Of a stretch of DNA of 64,000 bases, positions 37,001 to 46,168 are shown piece after piece; positions within the stretch are counted from its first letter, which is position 1; each line of letters starts with the position of its first letter. Source of the stretch: Candidatus Woesearchaeota archaeon. Its GTDB lineage: Archaea; Nanobdellota; Nanobdellia; Woesearchaeales; JAZDKJ01. The notes under the pieces are model-generated. The model was given only the letters and a program-made list of their open reading frames with translations, had not been told where the DNA came from and did not search any database. Where the stretch lies: positions 32,001 to 96,000 of the forward strand of contig JAZDKJ010000010.1 of assembly GCA_043803105.1 (NCBI GenBank), written 5' to 3'. The translations under genes and the position numbers were made by a program.

Positions 37001-38413
37001 TCAGACGCACATGCAGCCCGAGCATCTCTCATTTGCGTCGCAGTCTGAGTCCTGTGAGCACTGTGCATCGCACTTGCCCTTAACGCACTTGAAATTGGTT
37101 GCAGATGTCTCGCTGCACAGGCACCCCGTAGTGCACTTGCCAAACTCGCTCCTTGTCCCCATCATGGTTCCTTTGCAAACCTCAGTGGACTGGCTGCAGT
37201 CAGTGTCTACAGCACACTGTGCATTGCATGCATCCTTCACGCACTTGGGCGTGCTAAACGAATATTCCTGGCAAATGCAGTTGTAATGGCACTCAGCATA
37301 TGGCCCTCTGGTCGCGAGCTTTGTACCAAAGCATTTCTCAGTTGTTTGTGGGCAATCCTCTTTTGTTGCGCACTGTGCGCCGCATTCACCCACAACACAG
37401 GAGTACACCAAGGGTTTCTTGACGCACTGGCATTGAGAGTTGCAGTCGCCAAATGCTGTTCTCTCGCCGTGCATTAGTCCTTTGCACTCGTTCACAGATT
37501 CCAGGCAATAGTTGTTATCCAGCGTATTCGGAAATTCGCACTGCTCTCCCCTTCCAACAATGCCATCTCCGCATCTTGGTACAGGTGTGTGCTTGCATGT
37601 GCAATCATTTAGGCACTGGTCTTTTGTGTCTGGATTGTTATCATTACAATCAGTGTCTTTGCTGCAGACAGCCCCACACTGGTCTTTGACGCATTGGTAT
37701 TTGAAAGCATCATACTGGCACATGCAATTCGTCTTGCACGTAGCGGTCCTAATCCCGAGCTTATGGTTGCTGCCACAGGTTGTTAGGTCAGTACAATCGC
37801 TTTTTGTGCCGCACTCTGCATCACAGCTGTTGGCCACACATTTGTAGGTGAAAGGCGTTTCTTTACATTGACAGCTTGAGCTGCACTTGCCATCTACTGA
37901 TCTGGTACCGGTCTTGGCCCCAAGGCAGGTCTCAGTTGATTGAGGGCAGTCATAATCCTGGCTGCATGCCGCTCCGCACTCGTCCATGACACATTTCGCT
38001 GGTCCGAAAACAGTGTCCTGGCAATTGCAGTTGTAATGGCACATGCCAAACTCAGGCCTGACCGAAAGCTTGTTTCCAACGCATTTATCTGTTGTTTGTG
38101 GGCAGTCCTCTTTTGTTGTGCACTGTGCACCGCACATGTCCTTGACGCAGGAATATGTAAAGGTGTCATAGTCACATTTGCATAGAGTGTTGCAGTCGCC
38201 AAACTCAGCTCTTTCCCCAGTCCTTTGACCAGAACATGTTGTAGCTGACTCTGGACAATACGAGTTGTCAGCAGTCCCAGGAGATTCGCATTTCTCTCCA
38301 AAATTGATTACTCCGTTGCCGCAATAACCGGTTGAAGCACCAGCTGCCACAGACCACGAAAGCATTGAACAAACCGACAGAAATAATATTGCTATCAATA
38401 CATGCTTTTTCAA
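37001..38413 (-). CDS. Secreted cysteine-rich repeat protein
   Basis: Signal peptide; CGNG..GEKCE and CGDG..GEQCE modules; repeated ~42-aa units C-x-K-D-x-C-G-A-x-C-x4-D-C...C-x-G...R...C-x3-C-x-C. Confidence 0.85.
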   Translation of the reverse strand: MKKHVLIAILFLSVCSMLSWSVAAGASTGYCGNGVINFGEKCESPGTADNSYCPESATTCSGQRTGERAEFGDCNTLCKCDYDTFTYSCVKDMCGAQCTTKEDCPQTTDKCVGNKLSVRPEFGMCHYNCNCQDTVFGPAKCVMDECGAACSQDYDCPQSTETCLGAKTGTRSVDGKCSSSCQCKETPFTYKCVANSCDAECGTKSDCTDLTTCGSNHKLGIRTATCKTNCMCQYDAFKYQCVKDQCGAVCSKDTDCNDNNPDTKDQCLNDCTCKHTPVPRCGDGIVGRGEQCEFPNTLDNNYCLESVNECKGLMHGERTAFGDCNSQCQCVKKPLVYSCVVGECGAQCATKEDCPQTTEKCFGTKLATRGPYAECHYNCICQEYSFSTPKCVKDACNAQCAVDTDCSQSTEVCKGTMMGTRSEFGKCTTGCLCSETSATNFKCVKGKCDAQCSQDSDCDANERCSGCMCV

Positions 38414-38679
38414 AATCTCGCCCCCTTGTTTATTTATTTGTTAAGTTGTTTCTGCAGATTATGGTGTCGTTGATTGAGATATCTTATCCAATTCCTTACT
38501 TTTAGGCCCTGGATTATATAAACTTGTGTTGTCCCAAAGTGCCGATGACATAGGCTGATTTTCATTCACGCACAGGAAATCAGCTCCAACAAAATATTGG
38601 GGGTTCAGTTCCACAACCTCAGGGTATTTTTCTGAGCAAACGCCAAAATTTATAAATCCCTGTTTCTCCGGCATGCAAT

Positions 38680-39111
38680 ATGGAATACTTGTGGTTAATA
38701 TTCGCTCTTCTTTCCGCTTTTACAGCCAGCCTTGTGGCAATCTTTGGTAAGGTTGGTCTTGAGGGTATTGACTCCAATACTGCTACTGCAATAAGAGCTA
38801 TAATTATGGCATTGCTCTTGGTAGGTGTCATAATTGTTCAGGGCAAGCTCGGCCAGATTTCAGAGATTTTGTCCAACAGCAAGGCATTGACCTTCATAGT
38901 CTTGAGCAGCATTGCTGGTGCATTGTCTTGGCTCTTCTTTTTCTTTGCGCTAAAAGTCGGCAAGGTCTCGCAGGTAGCACCCATAGATAAGCTCAGTGTG
39001 GTGTTTGCTGTTGTTTTCGCTCTTTTATTCTTGGGTGAAAAGCTTAGCCTAAGGGCAGGAATTGGAGCTGCATTGATCGCTGCAGGCGCAATTCTTGTGG
39101 CTGTTGGATAG
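38680..39111 (+). CDS. EamA/DMT family small transporter
   Basis: FALLSAFTASLVAIFGKVG, ALKVGKVSQVAPIDKLSVV, FLGEKL. Confidence 0.9.
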   Translation: MEYLWLIFALLSAFTASLVAIFGKVGLEGIDSNTATAIRAIIMALLLVGVIIVQGKLGQISEILSNSKALTFIVLSSIAGALSWLFFFFALKVGKVSQVAPIDKLSVVFAVVFALLFLGEKLSLRAGIGAALIAAGAILVAVG

Positions 39112-39162
39112 TTTCGCGGCCGGCAAACTCCTACAGCCTTACAATAGAAATCTGTGGCATAA

Positions 39163-39411
39163 TCATTGCTCATCTTTGTGATATAAGTCCAACAAGACGA
39201 CTTTCTGCTCTTTTTTTGAATATGAATAGGAGAGCCTAAAAGGATGAATATGGAGTTCTCTTGTGCCTTTTCTTGCATACCTCGTCGGCTTACCCACTTC
39301 AGGATTGGCAGCAACTTTCAGAATCTGTTTTTTCAATTCGACCTTTAGCGCTTCGTTCTTTATCTTCTCTATTCTCTTTTTGATTGCCTGGTCAAAAACA
39401 ATTGTTACCAT
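39163..39411 (-). CDS. RelE/ParE family toxin
   Basis: NPEVGKP..Y..KGTRELHIHPFRLSY...YHKDEQ. Confidence 0.85.
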   Translation of the reverse strand: MVTIVFDQAIKKRIEKIKNEALKVELKKQILKVAANPEVGKPTRYARKGTRELHIHPFRLSYSYSKKEQKVVLLDLYHKDEQ

Positions 39412-39665
39412 TTTTCCAGTTCTTTCTTAAATTCCTGCAAAGACATTTCCTTGAACAGCCCTTTGTCAAAGCGTTTTGCAGCCTCCTCTGTCCTCTTGGC
39501 AAATTCCAGGTCTTCTGCAAGCTTCATATCCGTTGCTTTCCTTAGTATCAACTGGCCGTCGTTCTTTATTATCAACAACTTGTCACCCTCCTTCAGATCA
39601 TGCCTCATCTCAGACGGGATCACAATCTGGCCTTTGGAGCTTATCCTTGTAATAGCAATATCCAT
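39405..39665 (-). CDS. AbrB/MazE/SpoVT family antitoxin
   Basis: ITRISSKGQIVIPSEMR..LKEGDKL; overlaps the toxin start. Confidence 0.9.
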   Translation of the reverse strand: MDIAITRISSKGQIVIPSEMRHDLKEGDKLLIIKNDGQLILRKATDMKLAEDLEFAKRTEEAAKRFDKGLFKEMSLQEFKKELEKW

Positions 39666-39676
39666 ATATCATCACC

Positions 39677-39696
39677 AGGTAAGATTAATCTTACCT
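39677..39696. promoter_or_regulatory. Perfect 20-bp palindrome, probable TA autoregulatory operator
   Basis: AGGTAAGATTAATCTTACCT lies between the TATA box (CTTTATATA on the minus strand) and the antitoxin start. Confidence 0.75.
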
Positions 39697-39856
39697 AGTA
39701 TATAAAGTTGATGTTTGTAGCTTAGAACAGGGCTTAAAATGCTTTTTGATTGAATTGTTGGAGGATTTTCGGCTTAACTGGAAATCAAAGTGCAATGATA
39801 CTTTGAGACGCTTAGCTTTAAAAAGAATAGAGGTATTTTCTTGCAAGGTGAGACAT

Positions 39857-40147
39857 ATGGACCTTTCCTATAAATGCAAAGAAACTGGAATTACTGGACA
39901 AGACCTTTTCACATTAGTGGATGCTGCAGCGCACGCAAAACTAAGTGGTTATGATGCAGCCAAGGAGCTGATAGATGAGGCTGCCGGTTACCTAAAACAA
40001 TATGGAAAAAACTGGGCTGAAGTTGCTGGATATTTTACTGAACATCTGGCAAAATGCCCTGAGTGCAAAAAGCAAATAAAATCTGATGCAGACATACACT
40101 TTGTGACAATCCAGGTGGGAAAAGAGCATCCAGAGATTTGGGATTAG
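39857..40147 (+). CDS. Hypothetical protein with HxxxCxxC zinc motif
   Basis: AGGTGA SD before ATG; EHLAKCPEC. Confidence 0.55.
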   Translation: MDLSYKCKETGITGQDLFTLVDAAAHAKLSGYDAAKELIDEAAGYLKQYGKNWAEVAGYFTEHLAKCPECKKQIKSDADIHFVTIQVGKEHPEIWD

Positions 40148-40294
40148 GCGCAGAGGAAAAAACACCTTACTCGAAGAAGTAATCTGGATTGAAAAGCATC
40201 AGCGTGGGTTAAAGAATGAACTCTACGTGCCTGCAATAAGAGACGCAACTAAAGTGCCTAAGACGTTTCCAGAATTAACTTAGACTGGATTTGG

Positions 40295-40792
40295 ATGAAA
40301 TCACCCTTGGATGACCCGAAACTTTTGGAAGATTGGAAAGAGTTACATAGATATAACACCCAAACACTCGGTCTTTCGAATCGCAGGTCATTCACACTTA
40401 TCGGCCAAAAATATGGGTATTCACGAAGTGGAGTCCAATACTGGCTTGAGGAAAACAACCGAAAGCAGTCAATCCAAAGAAAAAAAGATAACCTGATTCC
40501 ATATTCAATACATCCTCGCAAGCTGGAACGACGCGAACACGGCAGGATTTACCAATATGTCCGCAGAAACCTTGATACGTACGTGAAACAAACTTATTCT
40601 GGGCATGATATAGCTCTGACTCTTGATCAATTAACATCCAATCTGTTCGAACTGACAGGCATTTCTATGAGGAATAGCACATTTCTTAAGATTCTGTCAA
40701 AGTACGAACAGGAACAAGGAAAAATACTGCTCATCCCTATAGCAAACCATGAGCCAACCATCTATCGCTTGAACACGTTCACAATAAATTAG
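40295..40792 (+). CDS. Hypothetical HTH-containing protein
   Basis: SFTLIGQKYGYSRSGVQYWL is HTH-like. Confidence 0.55.
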   Translation: MKSPLDDPKLLEDWKELHRYNTQTLGLSNRRSFTLIGQKYGYSRSGVQYWLEENNRKQSIQRKKDNLIPYSIHPRKLERREHGRIYQYVRRNLDTYVKQTYSGHDIALTLDQLTSNLFELTGISMRNSTFLKILSKYEQEQGKILLIPIANHEPTIYRLNTFTIN

Positions 40793-40942
40793 CCAGCTAA
40801 TAAGCACTGTAAGCAATATGGAGAGCAAATGCTGCCTTACCAAGGCCATAAGCCCTGTTACCAAGATAGGCAATTTCTTGGATAGAACGGGACTGCATGA
40901 GTTCGGGGACTATTTCTGGAACAAGATTTTATTGCTATTTGA

Positions 40943-41457
40943 TTATAGAAAGTATATATCACCTACTTTATCTTCTCCCTTATCCTTTCTAACAAATCCG
41001 GCTTTCACTAGCTTCTGCAGAGCCTTGTGAGTATTTTCTCTGTGCTTATAGATGCCTTCTTTCTCCAGGACTTTTCTAATTTCTTCGGTGACCATAGGCT
41101 TATTTGCCTTCTTAAGCAATAATAAAATCCTCAGATGGTTTGGATTTCCTAGCAAAAGAAATTTTTCACTTTTTGCAAATTGTACAGAGATGAATCCGAT
41201 TTTAAAGTTGAGATAACTCCGGTATGAGTTACATTACGCGCGGTATCACCGTAAGAAGTGCTTCTTTCTTGTTTTAAAATACTTAACAATTTAAATCTCC
41301 TTTGCTCATTCAATTCCGGCATAATCTTCTCCCACACCGCCTCAAACACAGCATCTCTTTCGCAATCGTGTTTCTTTGCGCTCTCTGCTAGGAACTTCTC
41401 AAATTCCTCTTCCAGCTCCTGAAGGAAGATTAGGTAATCCGACTGCTCGATGTCCAT
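40943..41457 (-). other. Two overlapping ORFs (41149-41457 and 40943-41155) probably forming one frameshifted ArsR-like wHTH gene
   Basis: The downstream frame reads LLGNPNHLRILLLL...HKALQKLVKAGFV, has only a TTG start, and joins via a -1 shift at A AAT TTC. Confidence 0.55.
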
Positions 41458-41499
41458 GGAAAGTTAAAAAGGCAAGGTTGTTATTAATAGTTTGTTTGG

Positions 41500-41555
41500 G
41501 AAAAGCGGAATTCCTTCGAAGCCACTGGACATTCATGGATAAGATTTTTTAAGAA
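41500..41555. promoter_or_regulatory. Conserved upstream element, copy 2 (shared with 27610-27663)
   Basis: CCACTGGACATT at 41522-41533 with the same spacing to AAG.TTTTTAAGAA. Confidence 0.45.
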
Positions 41556-41568
41556 CGACGAGTATTTT

Positions 41569-42177
41569 TTGGGAATGAAAGAATACCGGGGACTTATTCA
41601 GAAAATTGGAAGGCAGCTGGATGAAGCCAGGGGGCAAGCAGTCCGCGAAGTTAACAAAATAATGGTAAATACTTATTGGCTTATCGGCAAGGAAATAGTA
41701 GAATATGAGCAGAAAGGAAGCAAAAGGGCACAATATGGAACTAAATTACTAGAAAATATTTCCAGAGACCTAACAAAAATTTACGGCAAAGGATTTTCGG
41801 TTGACAACATCGAAAACATGCGGAGATTTTATCTTTGCTTCAAGAATTCCGAGACACTGTCTCGGAAATTATCATGGAGCGCTTATTGCCTTATCCTAAG
41901 GCTTGACAATCATCTTGCCAGGGAGTTTTACATCATCGAAGCAGAAAACTGGAGTGTAAGAGAACTTGAAAGGCAGATTAACTCCATGCTCTTTGAAAGA
42001 ATATCAAAGGATTTGAAAGATAAGTGTGGCAAAGGATTCAGCAAAAGCAACGTTTACCTCATGCGACAATTTTACCAAAAGTACCCAAAATTCCAGACAG
42101 TGTCTGGAAAATTAAGTTACAGTCACTATGCTGAATTACTATCTTTGGCCGCACACCTTAAGATATATTATCCTTAA
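41569..42177 (+). pseudogene. YhcG/DUF1016 N-terminal domain, internally duplicated or chimeric and lacking the nuclease C-domain
   Basis: YWLIGKEIVEYEQKG..RAQYG, GKGFS..N...MR.FY twice, LSWS/LSYSHY, WSVRELERQI. Confidence 0.7.
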
Positions 42178-42330
42178 TTCTTTTGTAATTTCTACAAATT
42201 AATCTTTGCTTGAATTTCCCTTCTCCTATATTTTGAGGACCACCATATTTCTGCCATTTATGGAAACCGAAAAATATGCTCTAGAAAGAAAGAATCTACG
42301 TTAAGATTCCCAAAACCTTTAAATATTACC

Positions 42331-42350
42331 TAGTCTTACTTAGTCTTACC
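42331..42350 (+). promoter_or_regulatory. Tandem TAGTCTTAC repeats (10-bp period), probable RHH operator
   Basis: TAGTCTTACT TAGTCTTACC lies between TTTAAATA and the RHH ATG. Confidence 0.55.
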
Positions 42351-42351
42351 C

Positions 42352-42597
42352 ATGGAATCGATAACGATAAAGGTCGAGGATGATTTTGCAAGACAGATAG
42401 AAAAAGCAATGAAGCCAATGTACACTACGAAGACAGAATTCATAAGGGAAGCTATAAGGGACAAGATCAGCGCACAAAGAGAACAAATACTCAGGAAATA
42501 CCTTGGTATATCAAAGACTAAGACTACCTATGCGGAAGAGAAACGTATAAGAAGGAAAGTTGCTAAAAAATATCTTGCCAAATTTGGACTAAAGTAA
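42352..42597 (+). CDS. Ribbon-helix-helix (CopG-like) protein / antitoxin
   Basis: MESITIKVEDDFARQIEKAM..MYTTKTEFIREAIRDKI. Confidence 0.85.
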   Translation: MESITIKVEDDFARQIEKAMKPMYTTKTEFIREAIRDKISAQREQILRKYLGISKTKTTYAEEKRIRRKVAKKYLAKFGLK

Positions 42598-42999
42598 ATC
42601 TTCTGGTTTGTGTATTTCTAAATAACTAGCACATTCATCAAAATCATGATCCCTTGTGATTAGTACACACCGGTTATCCGTTGCCACGATTAGGTGTACA
42701 GCATCACTATAGTGCACCCTGGACAATTTGCGAGCTCTCAGAATCTGCTTTTCATCAACGTTTACATATTTGACGTTAATTTCAAAATCCTTAACAACTT
42801 CATTTAATTTTGATGAAAAAGATCCAAGTTCATCTATGAGAACATCGGAAATGATGATAATATCATTTTCGGCAGCTGCCTTCCTCAAGAACTCAAAAGC
42901 CCACTCGCCCAAAGGCCTGAACCTATCTACACGGTTCTCAAAATAGTCCCTCCATATACTGGAGTCCACATAGTATTTTTTTGGCACAGAACTGTCCAC
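42589..42999 (-). CDS. PIN-domain (VapC-like) ribonuclease
   Basis: YYVDSSIW, VLIDEL, SDAVH, LITRDHDF, IHKPEDLL. Confidence 0.88.
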   Translation of the reverse strand: MDSSVPKKYYVDSSIWRDYFENRVDRFRPLGEWAFEFLRKAAAENDIIIISDVLIDELGSFSSKLNEVVKDFEINVKYVNVDEKQILRARKLSRVHYSDAVHLIVATDNRCVLITRDHDFDECASYLEIHKPEDLL

Positions 43000-43133
43000 A
43001 CAAACAAACCTAATATACCCTTGTCCAAGAAAAACAGCATTCTTTCAGAAATAATGAAAAATCGGCAATTATGGACAAGCGTTGATTTGGTCTCCTCAAA
43101 ACTTGCTATTAACAATCGAATTAAGTGAAGCAG

Positions 43134-43757
43134 CTAAGAAGTCCGCATAACAACACTTTGCCTAATACTCCTATCATGTACTTTAGAGAACAACCCAACC
43201 GCTACTATCGCCCCAATCAGTGCAACCAGCATGTCCCATTGCGTGTCCCAGACATCTCCCTGTGTGCCTAAAAAAGCCTCTGCTGCAGCACCTGTGCCAA
43301 CACTCACTCCAAATTCGACCAGTTCATAAAGAGCGCTTATCGCCAATGCCATTCCTATAGTAACAATCACAAGCCAAAATCCTTTCTTAAGTGCAGTTGT
43401 GCGCTTCAGCATCTCTCTTATAATCAAAGCAGGCACAAACCCTTGGAAAAAGTGTCCAACCCTATCGTAAATGTTCCTTCCAAAATACTGTCTTGTCCAT
43501 TCAAAGAATGGCACTTGTGCATATGTATAGTGACCCCCGATCATCAGTACAATCATATGCAAGCTAATGAGCACATAAACCATGTTGCTGAACCTGAACC
43601 TGTTGTAAGTAAAGGCAAGAACAATAAAACCAATTATTGCAGGCGCTACCTCAAGCATCCATGTGAAATAGTCATGCGGATTGATCAAAGACCAGATAAA
43701 GGCAGCAATTAGCACCAATATCAATATCAGATGAAGTCTTTCAACTTTAGCCATCAC
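43134..43757 (-). CDS. DUF2238 inner membrane protein
   Basis: TWMLE, GGHYTYAQVP, RNIYDRVGHF, YELVE, FLGTQGDVWDTQWDM. Confidence 0.88.
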   Translation of the reverse strand: MMAKVERLHLILILVLIAAFIWSLINPHDYFTWMLEVAPAIIGFIVLAFTYNRFRFSNMVYVLISLHMIVLMIGGHYTYAQVPFFEWTRQYFGRNIYDRVGHFFQGFVPALIIREMLKRTTALKKGFWLVIVTIGMALAISALYELVEFGVSVGTGAAAEAFLGTQGDVWDTQWDMLVALIGAIVAVGLFSKVHDRSIRQSVVMRTS

Positions 43758-43824
43758 AAAAGCCTCAATATCCCGATAATATAAATCTATTCCTTGCTTA
43801 GATCATCTGTGTTATTGACAATAG

Positions 43825-44427
43825 TTATGTCTTGCCTGTTACGATGAAGTTTATCTGGTCAAAGCTTAGAGCTGCATTTGTCCAGGGAGCAGAGTTCTGG
43901 GTCACTATAACACTTATGTTCCTGTAAAAGCCTGGCGGCAAGGCAAGTGTTTGACTGCGATAAAACTTTAGGTTGCCCCATTTGTCAGTTGTGACTGTTC
44001 CCAAAACCACAAATCCCTTGCTTCCTCCCAGCTTGGGATAAGGCCAATATCCACACTGCCAGACAGCTCCGCCATTTGGAAACTGGCAGCTGTTAGCCAA
44101 TGCATCTACTTCAAAAACTGAGTAGTTAGTGTCAAGCTTTATCTGGTATTCAGTCAACGGCTTAAGCTTGCTGGCATATAGGTTTGCTTTGGCATTGCTT
44201 GTTTCTCCCATCCTGAAACCATCTTCTGACACCATATAATAACTTATCAGGCCTATTCCCATGTTAGTGCAGACGTTCTCATTTGGCATACCAATTCCAG
44301 TGCCAGCCCCCTTGCACAAGTTCTGTCCAGTCTTAAGGCTATACAAAGCACTAAAACCCTGGTTCTTCCCAACCACAAATGTACCGGCTAACAACAAAAC
44401 TGCCAGAAATAAAAGTACTTTTTTCAT
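43825..44427 (-). CDS. Secreted hypothetical protein
   Basis: N-terminal signal peptide MKKVLLFLAVLLLAG. Confidence 0.7.
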   Translation of the reverse strand: MKKVLLFLAVLLLAGTFVVGKNQGFSALYSLKTGQNLCKGAGTGIGMPNENVCTNMGIGLISYYMVSEDGFRMGETSNAKANLYASKLKPLTEYQIKLDTNYSVFEVDALANSCQFPNGGAVWQCGYWPYPKLGGSKGFVVLGTVTTDKWGNLKFYRSQTLALPPGFYRNISVIVTQNSAPWTNAALSFDQINFIVTGKT

Positions 44428-44558
44428 TGTTCCACCCCTTTTTGAATACTACCTTCTCCAATATGTATAATGCAAAACCGAGTTTAAATATCTATCGTAG
44501 GTTTTGTTATTCAAGTATGGGGACAAAGATTGCCCAAAATTAACAGCCTTGCAAGAAT

Positions 44559-46034
44559 CTATTCCTCATCAGGGTCATCCAGCGGATGTTTCTTGGCATA
44601 ATCCTCGTTATATGCCACTATGCTCTTGTTTATCTGCCCAATTGTCTGCATGTTTTTGGCAACGATTTTCTTGTTGAAGTCAACCAGTTTTCCAGTGCCC
44701 TTCATAATATTCTTTTCCAGAGTGCCTATTTCTCTTATAAGACCCTCTGCCGCACCAGTTGTGCTTATCTTGAACAGCAAACTGTGATAAGCAATCGGCT
44801 CTACTGGCCTTACCTCCCTTAATTTTGGCACGAATATGAACGAAGCACAGTATCTTATCAGCCCGCTCAAAAGGAATATCAGCATGTACTTTGACCAGAA
44901 CACATGGTTGTACTTTACTATGAAGCTTCCGAACATCGCCCCTGTGAATATTGCAATTCCGTTTAGTGCATTGTAATATGCCACACACGTTGCCCTTTTC
45001 TGAGGTGTTGTAGTGTCAAATGTGAAGTTGAAAGATGAAAGCTCAAATCCAGCCCACACAAACCCTGAGTATGCCTGTATGATGAGAAGGTACCACACTT
45101 TCGCTGAAAAAAGCCAAAGTATCGGAACTAGTGGCATCAGGAACCCGGTTAGGCTAAGTATTTTTCTTGTCCCAAACCGATCAGAGAATCTTCCCCATAT
45201 CGGCATTGTCAGGTATTTTACAATGAGTGATGCAGCAGTAACTATTGTGAACGTTAGATAATTCATTTTCAGGTCATAGAGCATATACGCAGTAAAGAAC
45301 GGTGAGGAGGCATACACTGCAAAGTTCATCACGTTTAGATACAAAACAAACCTTCCGTAATTCCGGCGCTTTGCCTGTTTGATAAACTCCCAGAGGCTGA
45401 ACTGCTCTTCCTCAACAAGCTTGTATTCTGGCTCGAATTTCTTGGTCAGCATTATTACCGATAATATTCTTGACCCCAAAGCCAGCCCAAAAAGCACAGC
45501 AAAGCCGATGTACTCCATTGTTTCGCTTGTGCTGAAAGCCTGTAGCAAGTACCCTCCTGCAAGGAATGTGAAGAATGTTGTTAACCCTGCTATCTTGTTT
45601 CTTTTTCCAAAATATGCCCCTCTTTCCTTGTCAGATACAAGGTCTCCCATCCAGCTGCTCCACGCCGGATTTAGGATTAACCCCAGTGTCCAGTAGATGC
45701 ATACAAAGAATATCAGGTAGTATATCCGAAATGTTCCGAGGAAGAATATCAATGCTATCGGTATGTACATCAGCCCCTCAAGCAAAGCGCTGATGTAGAC
45801 AAAGCGCTTCCTTGACTTGAAGTACTTTACAAGCCTGTTCGAAAATAGTTGCGATAATGAGCCAAGTGACTTTGGCAGCGCATCGAGCATGCCGAGCTGC
45901 ACGCTCGTAGCTTTCATCATTACTGCAAATGCTGCAAAGAATGACTCTCCAAACCCGACCATTGCCGAGTAGAAGCTTCCGTCCAGTATGGAGTACCGAA
46001 GGCTTTTCTTTATTTTATCATCTTCTTCAGCCAA
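44559..46034 (-). CDS. MFS transporter
   Basis: ~12 TM segments; WGRFSDRFGTRK motif; RGAYFGKRN. Confidence 0.88.
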   Translation of the reverse strand: MAEEDDKIKKSLRYSILDGSFYSAMVGFGESFFAAFAVMMKATSVQLGMLDALPKSLGSLSQLFSNRLVKYFKSRKRFVYISALLEGLMYIPIALIFFLGTFRIYYLIFFVCIYWTLGLILNPAWSSWMGDLVSDKERGAYFGKRNKIAGLTTFFTFLAGGYLLQAFSTSETMEYIGFAVLFGLALGSRILSVIMLTKKFEPEYKLVEEEQFSLWEFIKQAKRRNYGRFVLYLNVMNFAVYASSPFFTAYMLYDLKMNYLTFTIVTAASLIVKYLTMPIWGRFSDRFGTRKILSLTGFLMPLVPILWLFSAKVWYLLIIQAYSGFVWAGFELSSFNFTFDTTTPQKRATCVAYYNALNGIAIFTGAMFGSFIVKYNHVFWSKYMLIFLLSGLIRYCASFIFVPKLREVRPVEPIAYHSLLFKISTTGAAEGLIREIGTLEKNIMKGTGKLVDFNKKIVAKNMQTIGQINKSIVAYNEDYAKKHPLDDPDEE

Positions 46035-46168
46035 AGAACACCTCTTTTCATCTATTGCTATTTTTGTTCAATTTAAATTCTTTGCGATATATGTTATTGT
46101 AAACAAAAATATTTAAATACTTGTAGTAGCTCACACCTACTGCGCAAAAATGCAAAGGCAGTTAATCA

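Noticed and set aside
37001-38413. DGR template/variable repeat pair
   Set aside because: The repeats are in-frame protein repeats, the differences inspected are not adenine-specific, and no reverse transcriptase is in the window.
40110-40283. Possible +1 frameshift extension of ORF 39857-40147
   Set aside because: The open alternative frame is short, with no recognisable motif or convincing shift signal.
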